Shown here: piece by piece, positions 48,938 through 57,988 of the stretch | Numbering within the stretch: position 1 is the first letter of the stretch | Layout of the letters: each line of letters opens with the position of its first letter | Origin: Sulfuritalea sp. | GTDB taxonomy: Bacteria; Pseudomonadota; Gammaproteobacteria; Burkholderiales; Rhodocyclaceae | Assembly: GCA_023229685.1 (NCBI GenBank) | Contig: JALNYT010000008.1 | Coordinates: 51,817-115,816, forward strand | DNA length: 64,000 nucleotides | Direction of reading: 5' to 3' | Translations under genes and position numbers: made by a program | Notes under the pieces: generated by a model | What the model saw: the letters and a program-made list of their open reading frames with translations, nothing else | Told to the model about the DNA's origin: nothing | The model's database searches: none

Positions 48938-50221
48938 TTATACCAGCCCGCTCATCAACTGCACATTCACCGTATCGCCAGCGCCGACTTTCTCGCGCTC
49001 GTGTTCGAGCACGATGAAGCAGTCGGCCTCCGACATCGAGCGCAGCACGCCGGAACCTTGAGCGCCGGTGGGGCGCACGCACCACTCGCCGTCTTCCTGG
49101 AACAGGATGCCGCGCTGGAATTCGGTGCGGCCGCGGCCCTTCTTCATGGCTTCCACGCAGCGTGCGGGAAAGGCGGGGAAGGGTATTACCGGATCGACGC
49201 CGGCCAGCTTCAGAATGGCCGGCCGTACGAACTGGTAGAAGGTGACCATCACCGCCACCGGGTTGCCCGGCAGGCCGAACAGCCAGGCCCCGGGACTGTC
49301 TGCGCCGTCAGGCTGGATGCGGCCGAAGGCCATGGGGCGGCCGGGCTTCATGGCGATTTTCCAGAAGGCCACTTCGCCGAGTTGGGCCATCAGCTGCTTG
49401 ATGAAGTCGGCCTCGCCGACCGAGACGCCGCCGCTGGTGATGATCGCGTCGGCGCAGCCGGCGGCTTCGCGGAAGGCCGCTTCGAGCGCGGCCGGATCGT
49501 CCCTCACCACACCCATGTCGATCACGTCGCAGCCAAGCCGGGTGAGCATGCCCCACAGCGTGTAGCGGTTGCTGTCATACACCGCGCCGGGCGCCAGCGG
49601 CGTGCCGATCGAGCACAGCTCGTCGCCGGTGGAAAACAGCGCAACGCGCACGCGGCGGCGTACCGAGAGTTCGGCGACGCCGAGCGAGGCGATGATGCCG
49701 ATCTCGGCCGGGCGCAGCTTCTTGCCGGCGGCAATTGCCGGGCGCCCGGCCTGCAGGTCCTCGCCGGCGCGACGGGTGTTCTGGTCACGGCGCTGGCCGG
49801 GCGGGATGATCACCGCATCGCCTTCGACGCGCGCGACTTCCTGGATCACCACGCAGTCGACGTCCTGCGGGAGGATCGCGCCGGTCATGATTCGTACCGT
49901 CTCGCCAGCGTCGACTCTTCCTTCGAAGGCGCGGCCGGCGAGGGCGGTGCCGATATTCTTCAGGCGCGTCTCGCCGCTCGCCGCGAGATCGGAGTAGCGC
50001 ACGGCCCAGCCGTCCATGGCCGAATTGTCGTGGCTCGGCACGTCGATCGGCGAGATGACGTCCTCGGCCAGCACGCGATCCAGTGCCTGGCGCACGAAAA
50101 CCCGCTCATGGACGCCGACCGGGCTCAGCAGGTCGAGGATCAGCTCGCGGGCACGATCGACGTGCAGCGAATTCGGGTCGTAATTGTCGGCGCAGGACAG
50201 GGTCTGGAGGATGGAGGTCAT
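48938..50221 (-). CDS. moeA: Molybdopterin molybdenum/tungsten transferase MoeA
   Basis: SAMDGWAV...TGDEL...GGVSVGEADF...KPGRPMAFG. Confidence 0.85.
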   Translation of the reverse strand: MTSILQTLSCADNYDPNSLHVDRARELILDLLSPVGVHERVFVRQALDRVLAEDVISPIDVPSHDNSAMDGWAVRYSDLAASGETRLKNIGTALAGRAFEGRVDAGETVRIMTGAILPQDVDCVVIQEVARVEGDAVIIPPGQRRDQNTRRAGEDLQAGRPAIAAGKKLRPAEIGIIASLGVAELSVRRRVRVALFSTGDELCSIGTPLAPGAVYDSNRYTLWGMLTRLGCDVIDMGVVRDDPAALEAAFREAAGCADAIITSGGVSVGEADFIKQLMAQLGEVAFWKIAMKPGRPMAFGRIQPDGADSPGAWLFGLPGNPVAVMVTFYQFVRPAILKLAGVDPVIPFPAFPARCVEAMKKGRGRTEFQRGILFQEDGEWCVRPTGAQGSGVLRSMSEADCFIVLEHEREKVGAGDTVNVQLMSGLV

Positions 50222-50264
50222 GGCGTGAAGCGATTTGGCGGACGGCGCTGATTCTGCGTTGAGT

Positions 50265-51347
50265 CTAGCCGCCAATGTAAGACATTTCAATTTTTCCGGG
50301 CAGGGCGGTGGCGGCGGTGCGGATTTCCGAATAACGGTCATCGCGTCCGCGCCAGACGGCCGCGATCACGCGCTGCAGTTGGTCGTCGTCCGCACCCTGG
50401 CGCAGCAGCGCGCGCAGGTCGTGGCCGCTGCGGGCGAACAGGCAGGTGTAGAGCTGGCCTTCGGTGGATAGCCGGATGCGGGTGCAGGTGGCGCAGAAGG
50501 CCTGCGTGACCGAGGAGATGACGCCGATCTCGCCGGCGCCGTCGCGGTAACGCCAGCGCTCGGCGACTTCGCCGTGGTAGTTGGCATCGATCGCCTGCAG
50601 CGGAAATTCGGCGTTGATGCGGGCGATCACGTCGGCGGAGGGCAGCACCTCGTCCATGCGCCAGCCGTTGGAGCTGCCGACATCCATGAACTCGATGAAG
50701 CGCAGGATGTGGCCGCTGTTGCGGAAGTGGCGCGCCAGCGGCAGGATCTGGTCGTCGTTGGTGCCGCGCTTGACCACGCAATTCACCTTGATCGGCGCGA
50801 GGCCCGCGGCTGCGGCGGCGGCGATGCCGTCGAGCACGTCGCTGACCGGATAATCGACATCGTTCATGCGCTTGAATACGGCGTCGTCGAGGCCGTCGAG
50901 ACTGACCGTGACGCGCGTCAGACCGGCGTCCCTCAGCGCCCGCGCCTTCTTCGTCAGCAGCGAGCCATTGGTGGTCAGCGTCAGTTCCACCGGCAGCTTC
51001 GCCAGTTGCTCGATCAGGTTTTCGATATGCCGGCGCAACAGCGGCTCGCCGCCGGTGATGCGGATTTTCTCGACGCCCTGATCGACGAAGATGCGCGCGA
51101 TGCGGACGATCTCCTCGAAAGACAGTAGCTCGGCGCGCGGCAGAAATGCGTGGTCGTGGTCGAACACGGCTTTCGGCATGCAATACACGCAGCGGAAATT
51201 GCAGCGGTCGGTGACCGAGATGCGCAAGTCGCGCACTCGCCGGTTGCGCCGGTCGACCAGGCTGCCGTCAAGCGGCGCGGCAAGCGCGTCGCTGCCTGCT
51301 GGCAGGGGCTTGGGCGCACTGGCGATAGGGATAATGCGGGCTTTCAT
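50265..51347 (-). CDS. moaA: GTP 3',8-cyclase MoaA (radical SAM)
   Basis: [18 protein letters not shown] radical-SAM motif and the C-terminal [20 protein letters not shown] cluster motif. Confidence 0.9.
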   Translation of the reverse strand: MKARIIPIASAPKPLPAGSDALAAPLDGSLVDRRNRRVRDLRISVTDRCNFRCVYCMPKAVFDHDHAFLPRAELLSFEEIVRIARIFVDQGVEKIRITGGEPLLRRHIENLIEQLAKLPVELTLTTNGSLLTKKARALRDAGLTRVTVSLDGLDDAVFKRMNDVDYPVSDVLDGIAAAAAAGLAPIKVNCVVKRGTNDDQILPLARHFRNSGHILRFIEFMDVGSSNGWRMDEVLPSADVIARINAEFPLQAIDANYHGEVAERWRYRDGAGEIGVISSVTQAFCATCTRIRLSTEGQLYTCLFARSGHDLRALLRQGADDDQLQRVIAAVWRGRDDRYSEIRTAATALPGKIEMSYIGG

Positions 51348-51435
51348 CTCGTTGCGGACTATAAGCCGGCCGGGCCGTCGAGACAACACCCGCCACCGGC
51401 CGGGGTCCCTATCTACGAAGTGCGTCCTGCCGTCA

Positions 51436-52011
51436 TCAGGGCTTTGCTGCAGGGCGCCTGAGCAGCAGGGAAGGGTTCTCCGTGACCTTGTCCGTCAAGC
51501 CGCCGACGCTGGTAACGACTTTCTTGACCTGGTCCTCGATGGCCGAGAATTTCTTGACCAGCTTCGGCAGATCGTCGAGCATCGCATTGAGTCCGGTTTT
51601 TTCCGAAGGAATCTCGGGGATCTGATTTTCGGGCGTGACCGCAAGCAGGGTTTGTGCTGCCGGGTCTCCGCCGTTCAGTTCGATAAAGACGACGCCGGTG
51701 ATGCCCTTCAACGTCAGGCTGGCCTTGGTGTCGGTCTTGACCGGCGTTTCCTTGCGCAACCTGATATCCACACGCACCAGGCGCGAATTGTCCGGATCGA
51801 TGCGCATCGACTTGACCGTGCCGACATCGACGCCACGGAATTTCACCGTATCGCCTGCCGTGAGCCCGCTCACCGAGTCCGGAAAATGGATGCGGTAGAT
51901 TACATCGTCATGGCGCCCGGCACTTCCCAGCCACACGGCGAAAATCGCTGCGGCAACCGAGAACACGATGATGAACAGCCCCTCGAAGAAGTAGTGCTTG
52001 TCAGTTTCCAT
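51436..52011 (-). CDS. MlaD/MCE-domain substrate-binding protein
   Basis: N-terminal TM helix and an MCE domain ([21 protein letters not shown]). Confidence 0.8.
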   Translation of the reverse strand: METDKHYFFEGLFIIVFSVAAAIFAVWLGSAGRHDDVIYRIHFPDSVSGLTAGDTVKFRGVDVGTVKSMRIDPDNSRLVRVDIRLRKETPVKTDTKASLTLKGITGVVFIELNGGDPAAQTLLAVTPENQIPEIPSEKTGLNAMLDDLPKLVKKFSAIEDQVKKVVTSVGGLTDKVTENPSLLLRRPAAKP

Positions 52012-52792
52012 GGCTTGTTTTCCTTGCTTTCATTGCGCCTTCCGCGCGCGGTCCGTGGAAGAATTCGTGAATCCACGGATGGGTGGACTTCAGCAGCTTG
52101 TCGGCCGTGTCGACCGTAATCGTCTTGTCGACCAGCACGGCAATGCGGCCGCAGACGGTGAACAGCGTGGTGAGATCGTGGGTGACGATGACGACGGTAA
52201 TGCCGAGGATCTGGTTGAGCTGCAGGATCAGAGCATCGATGCCGCTCGCGGCGATCGGGTCGAGATCCGAGGTGGGTTCGTCGAGAAACAGAATCCTCGG
52301 GTCGAGCGCGAGCGCCCGCGCCAAGGCGGCGCGTTTCACCATGCCGCCGGACAGCGCGGAGGGAAACTTGATGCCGCTGTCCGCCGGCAATCCGGAGAGC
52401 GCCAGCTTCATCGCTGCGATGTGTTCCTGCTCTTTGGCCGGCAGTGTCGTATGTTCGCGCATCGGCAGCATGATGTTCTGTGCCACCGAAAGCGAAGAAA
52501 ACAATGCACCTTGCTGAAACAGCACGCCGATGAGAGAGGCTCTTTCCGCCGCACCGATGGATTGAACCGGCTTGCCATTGAGCAGCACTTCGCCGGCATC
52601 CGGCTGGTGCAGACCGGTGAGGGTCTTGAGCAGCACCGACTTGCCCGAGCCCGATCCGCCTGCGATGCCGATTATTTCGCCGGGCACGATGTCGAGGCTG
52701 AGCTTGTCGTGTACCACCTGTTTGCCAAATCGATTGACGATACCGCGCGCCGACAGGATCGGTTCGGCATGGGCCCTGGTCCGGGTATTCAT
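52001..52792 (-). CDS. ABC transporter ATP-binding protein (MlaF-like)
   Basis: GGSGSGKS, LSGGMVKR and LFLDEPTSDLD. Confidence 0.85.
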   Translation of the reverse strand: MNTRTRAHAEPILSARGIVNRFGKQVVHDKLSLDIVPGEIIGIAGGSGSGKSVLLKTLTGLHQPDAGEVLLNGKPVQSIGAAERASLIGVLFQQGALFSSLSVAQNIMLPMREHTTLPAKEQEHIAAMKLALSGLPADSGIKFPSALSGGMVKRAALARALALDPRILFLDEPTSDLDPIAASGIDALILQLNQILGITVVIVTHDLTTLFTVCGRIAVLVDKTITVDTADKLLKSTHPWIHEFFHGPRAEGAMKARKTSHGN

Positions 52793-53931
52793 AGGCCGAG
52801 CCTTTCGAACAGGATGGAGAAAAATGCGTCGAGCACGATCACCAGAAAGATCGATTTCACTACGGCGCGGGTGGTCTCCCGGCCGACACTTGCCGCCGAG
52901 CCCGTCACCCGGAGCCCGTGCATGCAGCCGATGACGGCAATGAAGAAGGCAAACACCGGCGCCTTGAACAGGCCGACGAAGAGATCGTGGCCGTCGACCA
53001 CCTGCGGCAGGCGTGTCAGGTATTGGGTCGGCGATACATCAAGCAGAAACTGTGCGATCGCGGCGCCGCCGATCAGGCCCATGATGTCGGCAAAGAACGT
53101 CAGCAGCGGCAGGGTGATGACCAGGGCGATCACGCGCGGCACCACCAGTACCTGCATGGGTTTGATCCCCATCACCTTGAGCGCGTCGACTTCCTCCCGT
53201 GTCTCCATGACGCCGATTTCGGCGGTGAAGGCGGAGCCCGAGCGGCCGGCCACCATGATGGCCGTGATCAGCACGGCCATTTCGCGCAATACCGACACCG
53301 CTACCAGGTTGATGGTGTAGTCCTCGCCGCCAAAGGGGCGCAACTGGGCCACGCCCTGATAGCCGATGACGATCGCGATCATGATGGCCATCAGGCCAAT
53401 GATGGGCAGCGCCTGAATGCCGGTTTCCGTTATATGCCGGGAGATCGAAGCCGGACGCAGGCAATGCGGATGAAGCAGGGCGTTGGCGGTCCAACTCGCG
53501 GCGCGACCGACAAAGGTGATCAGGTCGAGTGCTTCGTGCCGGGCATCGTGCGCGCCTTTGCCGAGCTGGATGATGAGCTGGCGCCAGCGGGAAACGGTTT
53601 TGACTTTCGGTATCGGCTTGAGATCGAGCCCGTAGATGAGATCGAGCAGCGCCCGTTGTTCGGCGCGGACCCCGGTAAGTTCCACGCCCTTGTCGCGCAG
53701 GCCGCAGAGGAACAACGCGCCCGGCGTGTCGAGGCTGTCGAGCATGGCAACGTCGAGGTGGCGCGATGCCCCCTGCTTCGACCATCTTGCCAGGGACTTT
53801 CCTGCTTCGACCAGCGTCGATATTTCAAGAACACCCGCCAGTGCGAGGCGATCACCATCGCCGCTGACGACCAGCGTCGGCTGGGGCGGGTTGGCGGAAG
53901 CTTGCTGCGCGTTTGCAGGCACACGGATCAC
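52789..53931 (-). CDS. MlaE-family ABC permease with an N-terminal STAS-like domain
   Basis: The C-terminal 260 aa are MlaE-like (GEDYTINLVAVSVLREM...). The N-terminal ~110 aa are soluble and anti-sigma-antagonist-like. Confidence 0.8.
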   Translation of the reverse strand: MIRVPANAQQASANPPQPTLVVSGDGDRLALAGVLEISTLVEAGKSLARWSKQGASRHLDVAMLDSLDTPGALFLCGLRDKGVELTGVRAEQRALLDLIYGLDLKPIPKVKTVSRWRQLIIQLGKGAHDARHEALDLITFVGRAASWTANALLHPHCLRPASISRHITETGIQALPIIGLMAIMIAIVIGYQGVAQLRPFGGEDYTINLVAVSVLREMAVLITAIMVAGRSGSAFTAEIGVMETREEVDALKVMGIKPMQVLVVPRVIALVITLPLLTFFADIMGLIGGAAIAQFLLDVSPTQYLTRLPQVVDGHDLFVGLFKAPVFAFFIAVIGCMHGLRVTGSAASVGRETTRAVVKSIFLVIVLDAFFSILFERLGL

Positions 53932-54154
53932 GGTTTGTACGAGGCTCCACGAACTGAGAATTGGCCGAATGATTCAGACTTGATATTTCTTCGCGCCGGC
54001 ACGGACGCGTCGTAAGCGTATGCAGGCTATTCGAGGCGCCGGGCAAACTCGGTGCGCTAGCGAACATGCCGTTTCGCAACCCGCTCGAACACGACTACCC
54101 CCTGACTGCAACTGCAAGAGACAGGAACCAGTCACCCTGGTGGTGCCGCCAGGG

Positions 54155-54544
54155 TCACGCCTTGAGGCTTGCGCAGACCCGTTGCAGAAGCATCCGTACT
54201 TCCTTGCCGAGGGCATGTACTTCCGGTTTGTCGACCAACTGCAACACGACCTCGGGATCCATGAATGCGACCGTTATGGTGCCATCGGCTTCTTCGCGCA
54301 CGACCACGTTGCACGGCAGTAGCAAGCCGATGTCGGGATCAGCCTCGATGGCGCGGTGTGCGAGCGGGGGGTTGCATGCGCCGAGTATGCGATATGGCCG
54401 GTGTTCGATATTGAGCTTGGCCTTCAGCGTCGCCTTGACATCGATATCGGTGAGGACACCGAATCCTTCCTTTTTCAGGGCTTCGGTGACCATTGCGACG
54501 GCGGTATCGAACGGTACTTTCAGCTGGGTGTTGAATCCGTACAT
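54155..54544 (-). CDS. DUF302-domain protein
   Basis: [23 protein letters not shown]...YRILGACNP pattern. Confidence 0.75.
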   Translation of the reverse strand: MYGFNTQLKVPFDTAVAMVTEALKKEGFGVLTDIDVKATLKAKLNIEHRPYRILGACNPPLAHRAIEADPDIGLLLPCNVVVREEADGTITVAFMDPEVVLQLVDKPEVHALGKEVRMLLQRVCASLKA

Positions 54545-54602
54545 GAGTTGTTTCCTTTCAAGTGGCTATGCTGCTTGGTCAAATGCGGGATCAATGTTGG
54601 TA

Positions 54603-55025
54603 CTACCTGGCTAGCATCGACTCCATGGCCTGCTGGTGCTGCATCAGCTGCTCCATCATCGTCTGCATCATGTCTAGGCGCTTTTCCGTCATGGCGTGGT
54701 GCTGCATCATCGCGCTGCCGGCCATTCCGTGCTTCTTGTCACCCTTCATCATGGCGCCGTCCATGCCATGCATCGTTTGCATGTTTTCCTGCATGGTCTG
54801 CATGTGTGCCTGCATCAGCTTTTGGCGTTCCGCAGGGTCGGTTGTCGCCCGGAATTGTTCCATCTGCTGCTGCATTTTCTTCATGTTCTCCTGCATCTGC
54901 AGCGTCTGCTTATCCGTGGCCATGCTCATCGCCGGCTTGCCGGGTGCGACTTTTTCCTGCGCCGACAGGGCCGGCACCGACAGGGCGCAGCCAACGACTG
55001 CGGCGAGGAGTATTGGAGTTTTCAT
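54603..55025 (-). CDS. Exported Met/Gln/His-rich protein (candidate periplasmic Cu(I)/metal-binding protein)
   Basis: Signal peptide MKTPILLAAVVGCALSVPALSA. Roughly one mature residue in five is Met, in repeated MQxxMQ / HxxM patterns. Confidence 0.6.
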   Translation of the reverse strand: MKTPILLAAVVGCALSVPALSAQEKVAPGKPAMSMATDKQTLQMQENMKKMQQQMEQFRATTDPAERQKLMQAHMQTMQENMQTMHGMDGAMMKGDKKHGMAGSAMMQHHAMTEKRLDMMQTMMEQLMQHQQAMESMLAR

Positions 55026-55359
55026 TGGGGTTGCACCTTTTGGGGTTGAGTTGCCTGAGTTGTTCACTGCGTCCGCTGGCGGAATCCGCATGAGCAAGTG
55101 CCGGAACGTTCTTTATAGCTGCAGGCGCCGGCACCGTCCGTACGTTGCCGCACAAATTGCCTTTGGTGACTGATACGGGCAGGCACTGGATGCCTTTGGT
55201 TCCAGAAGGAAAAGCGCTGTCAGGCCACGCCCGGGGGGCGCGCGAAGGTCAAGAAGAAGATCGACGATCGCGGCGAGCGGCGGCAGGAAAAGTGCCTGGC
55301 GCTGAAGGAACAGCGCCAGAAGGTTCAGGAACGGACGCGGAATGCAGCGCGCTTACCTG

Positions 55360-56574
55360 TCAAGCAAGCAGCGAACCCAGATCGAAGGCCGTGTCGGCCG
55401 CTTGCGCGGGCGTGGGCGAGATGCCCTTCTCGAACAGCTTGCGGCCGTTCATGTGCTCGGGCGGCTGGTTCAGCGAGTCGATCGCAATCAGTTTGCCGGC
55501 CTGGTAGTAGTAGGCGGAGAACTTCTGCGTTGTTGGGTCGCCGCGCGTGACCACCTGGTCGAAGCCGGCGGTCAGCCCGAGCATCTGCAGTTTGACGTCG
55601 TATTGATCGGACCAGAACCACGGTGCCGCATGGAAGGGCCGGTCGCGGCCGAGCAGCGCAGCGGCGGCCGACCGGCCCTGCTCGAGCGCGTTCTGCACGG
55701 ATTCGAGGCGGCGCAGGCTGCCGTCGTCCAGGCGCCGCGCGGTACAGTCGCCGGCGGCGACGATGGTCGGGTCGGAGCAGCGGCCGCAGGCATCGACTAC
55801 AATGCCGCCATTGACTTCGAGGCCCGCCGCCTGGGCCAGTTCAACATTGGGGATGATGCCGATGCCGACCAGCACCAGGTCGGCGGGAAACTCGCGACCG
55901 TCCCTGGTTCTTACCGCTGTGATTCGGCCGCCACTGCCGACCAGTTCCGAGACCATGGCGCCGAGCACCACTTCGGCGCCATGGCGGGTGTGCAGGTCGA
56001 GGTAGAACTGCGAAATCAGCGGCGCGACGACGCGCGCCATGAGGCGGTCGGCGGCTTCCAGCACGGTGACGCGCTTCTCCTTCCTGCGCGCGACGGAGGC
56101 GACTTCGAGGCCGATGAAACCGCCGCCGATGATCACTACGTTATGTGCGGCCTCCAGCGCCGCCGCAATCGCCTTCGCCTCGTCCAGCGTACGCAGGCCG
56201 TAGACGCCGTGCCAGTCAGCCCCGGCCAGCGGCAGCGGGCGCAGGCGCGAGCCGGGGCACAGTGCCAGACCGTCGTAGCCCAGCGTCGAGCCGTCGCCGA
56301 GTGCGACCCGCTTTGTGCTGCGATCGATCGCCGTGGCGCCGGCGCCGACTCTCAGGTCGATGTCTTTCTTCACCAGCAGTTCCGGGGGACGCATCATCAG
56401 CTGTGCTTCAGCGGTCTGACCCAGCAGAAAGCCCTTGGACAGCGGCGGACGCTGGTAGGGGGCGTGCGCTTCGTCGCCGATCAGCGTGATGGGTCCCGCA
56501 TAGCCTTCGCTGCGCAGCGTCTCGGCGACAGTGAGTCCGGCCAGGCCGGCCCCGATGATCAGCATCCCGCTCAT
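55360..56574 (-). CDS. FAD/NAD(P)-dependent ferredoxin/rubredoxin reductase-like oxidoreductase
   Basis: Two Rossmann motifs (LIIGAGLAG, VIIGGGFIGLE), APYQRPPLSK, and a C-terminal reductase dimerisation domain. Confidence 0.8.
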   Translation of the reverse strand: MSGMLIIGAGLAGLTVAETLRSEGYAGPITLIGDEAHAPYQRPPLSKGFLLGQTAEAQLMMRPPELLVKKDIDLRVGAGATAIDRSTKRVALGDGSTLGYDGLALCPGSRLRPLPLAGADWHGVYGLRTLDEAKAIAAALEAAHNVVIIGGGFIGLEVASVARRKEKRVTVLEAADRLMARVVAPLISQFYLDLHTRHGAEVVLGAMVSELVGSGGRITAVRTRDGREFPADLVLVGIGIIPNVELAQAAGLEVNGGIVVDACGRCSDPTIVAAGDCTARRLDDGSLRRLESVQNALEQGRSAAAALLGRDRPFHAAPWFWSDQYDVKLQMLGLTAGFDQVVTRGDPTTQKFSAYYYQAGKLIAIDSLNQPPEHMNGRKLFEKGISPTPAQAADTAFDLGSLLA

Positions 56575-56915
56575 GTGTGTGTCTCCAGAAAATGGTTATT
56601 CGCTTTGCGGATGATATTGCATCAGCGTTGCCGAACCACGCTCAGTTGGCAGACGCATAACTTTGCGTTGTCACGACCGTTCCGCGAAAGGACGCCGTCG
56701 ATATCACCGCACGCTGGCAGAAACGCAACGGGACCACGGCTTGCGGCCAAGGCGCCATGAGCGGGGATCATCTGGCCACCCTCGATGCGCTGCCGCCGCC
56801 CGAGGAGGGCTGCCGGCATGCCTCGGCACCGGTCAGGCTGCTCGAGCGGGTGCCTCGGCCCGACTTGGCGTAAGCGCTGTCCGGCAACTTCCGAGGTTGA
56901 CCTACATCAAATCAG

Positions 56916-56929
56916 CGAACGCTCGTTCG
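56916..56929. promoter_or_regulatory. Perfect 6-2-6 palindrome CGAACG-CT-CGTTCG (candidate operator)
   Basis: Located in the 574-bp intergenic region upstream of the TetR-bam genes. Pattern only. Confidence 0.2.
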
Positions 56930-57148
56930 GGTAGCATCACCGTCAGTAGGGTAATAGGAAAAACGTTGCATAGGTTGCAGACTGTTAACCGGAACAGCCC
57001 GTGAGAAGCGGGCTGGAGGTCAAATGGCTTACGCGTTGCGCTCGACTTCACCGCACGTCAACATCGCCTGGCGCCAGGGCGACTCACTGCTTGCCGGGCA
57101 GGGCCTGCGGCCGGTCCATGAGCGGCACCGGCCGATCCGGGAGCCGCA

Positions 57149-57973
57149 ATGGTGAGCCACGTCTCCGCCGAGTCCTCCACCAGGCTGCTCCGGCATGAGG
57201 CACAACGCCTCGAGATTCTCAAGGCGGCGGCTGCGGCCATTGCCGAACACGGCTTCCACGGCATGACCATGCGGGGTCTTGCCCGGGCGACGGGACGCGG
57301 CCTGGCCACCTTCTACGACTACTTTTCCTCCAAGGAAGACCTGCTCTTCTCGCTGCAGACCGACGCCTTCGGCACCATGGCCAGTTCGGCGAACGCGGCG
57401 CTCGAGGGGGTCGATGACCACGTCGATCGGCTGTATGTCTTCATCTTGAATCACCTCCGCTATGCAGCCGAGAATCGGTCGGTGATGCGGGTGTTGGTTC
57501 ATGAAGCCTCTGCCCTGCCTGCGGGCAGACGCAAGACGGTGCGCCTGCTCAAGGAAGCCTATTTCAATATCTGCCGGGATATCGTGGCATCGATTCTTGC
57601 CGCGGGTTGCAGCTCAGCCGGTGCCGGCGGCGTCGACAGGTTGGACTCCGCCGAGGTCGAGCGGGTGACTTACAGCGTCTTCGGCATGCTCAACTGGAGT
57701 TACGGTTGGTACGACCCCCGCCTTCATGGGACGCCTCAGGATGTCGCCAGGACCATCCATACCCTGGCCGTCTGCGGCCTGGTGGCCCGCGGTCCCGAGC
57801 GCTTCGCCCCGTCCAGCCTGGAGCACCACCTTGACGCAATGGCCCTGCTGCCGCTTATCGGCAGTTCCGGTCGAAAAGTGGCAACTGTCGGCTCCCGGCT
57901 GTCGCCAGCGGCAAAGAAAACAACGAGCGGCGCGGAAATGCGCGCAAGGCTCATGGATAGAAACTCAGTCTGA
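57149..57973 (+). CDS. TetR/AcrR-family transcriptional regulator
   Basis: N-terminal HTH ILKAAAAAIAEHGFHGMTMRGLARATGRGLATFYDYFSSKEDLL. Confidence 0.85.
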   Translation: MVSHVSAESSTRLLRHEAQRLEILKAAAAAIAEHGFHGMTMRGLARATGRGLATFYDYFSSKEDLLFSLQTDAFGTMASSANAALEGVDDHVDRLYVFILNHLRYAAENRSVMRVLVHEASALPAGRRKTVRLLKEAYFNICRDIVASILAAGCSSAGAGGVDRLDSAEVERVTYSVFGMLNWSYGWYDPRLHGTPQDVARTIHTLAVCGLVARGPERFAPSSLEHHLDAMALLPLIGSSGRKVATVGSRLSPAAKKTTSGAEMRARLMDRNSV

Positions 57974-57988
57974 GAGGGGACCAGAGAA

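Noticed and set aside
51348-51435. Moco riboswitch upstream of moaA
   Set aside because: The spacer is only 88 nt and I could not recognise the conserved Moco-motif elements. It contains only a CCGGCCGG...CCGGCCGG hairpin.
54603-55025. Reiterated CTGCAT/CATCAT strings considered as a non-coding tandem repeat
   Set aside because: They lie in frame in a signal-peptide-bearing ORF and encode Met/Gln/His motifs. The periodicity is at codon level and imperfect.
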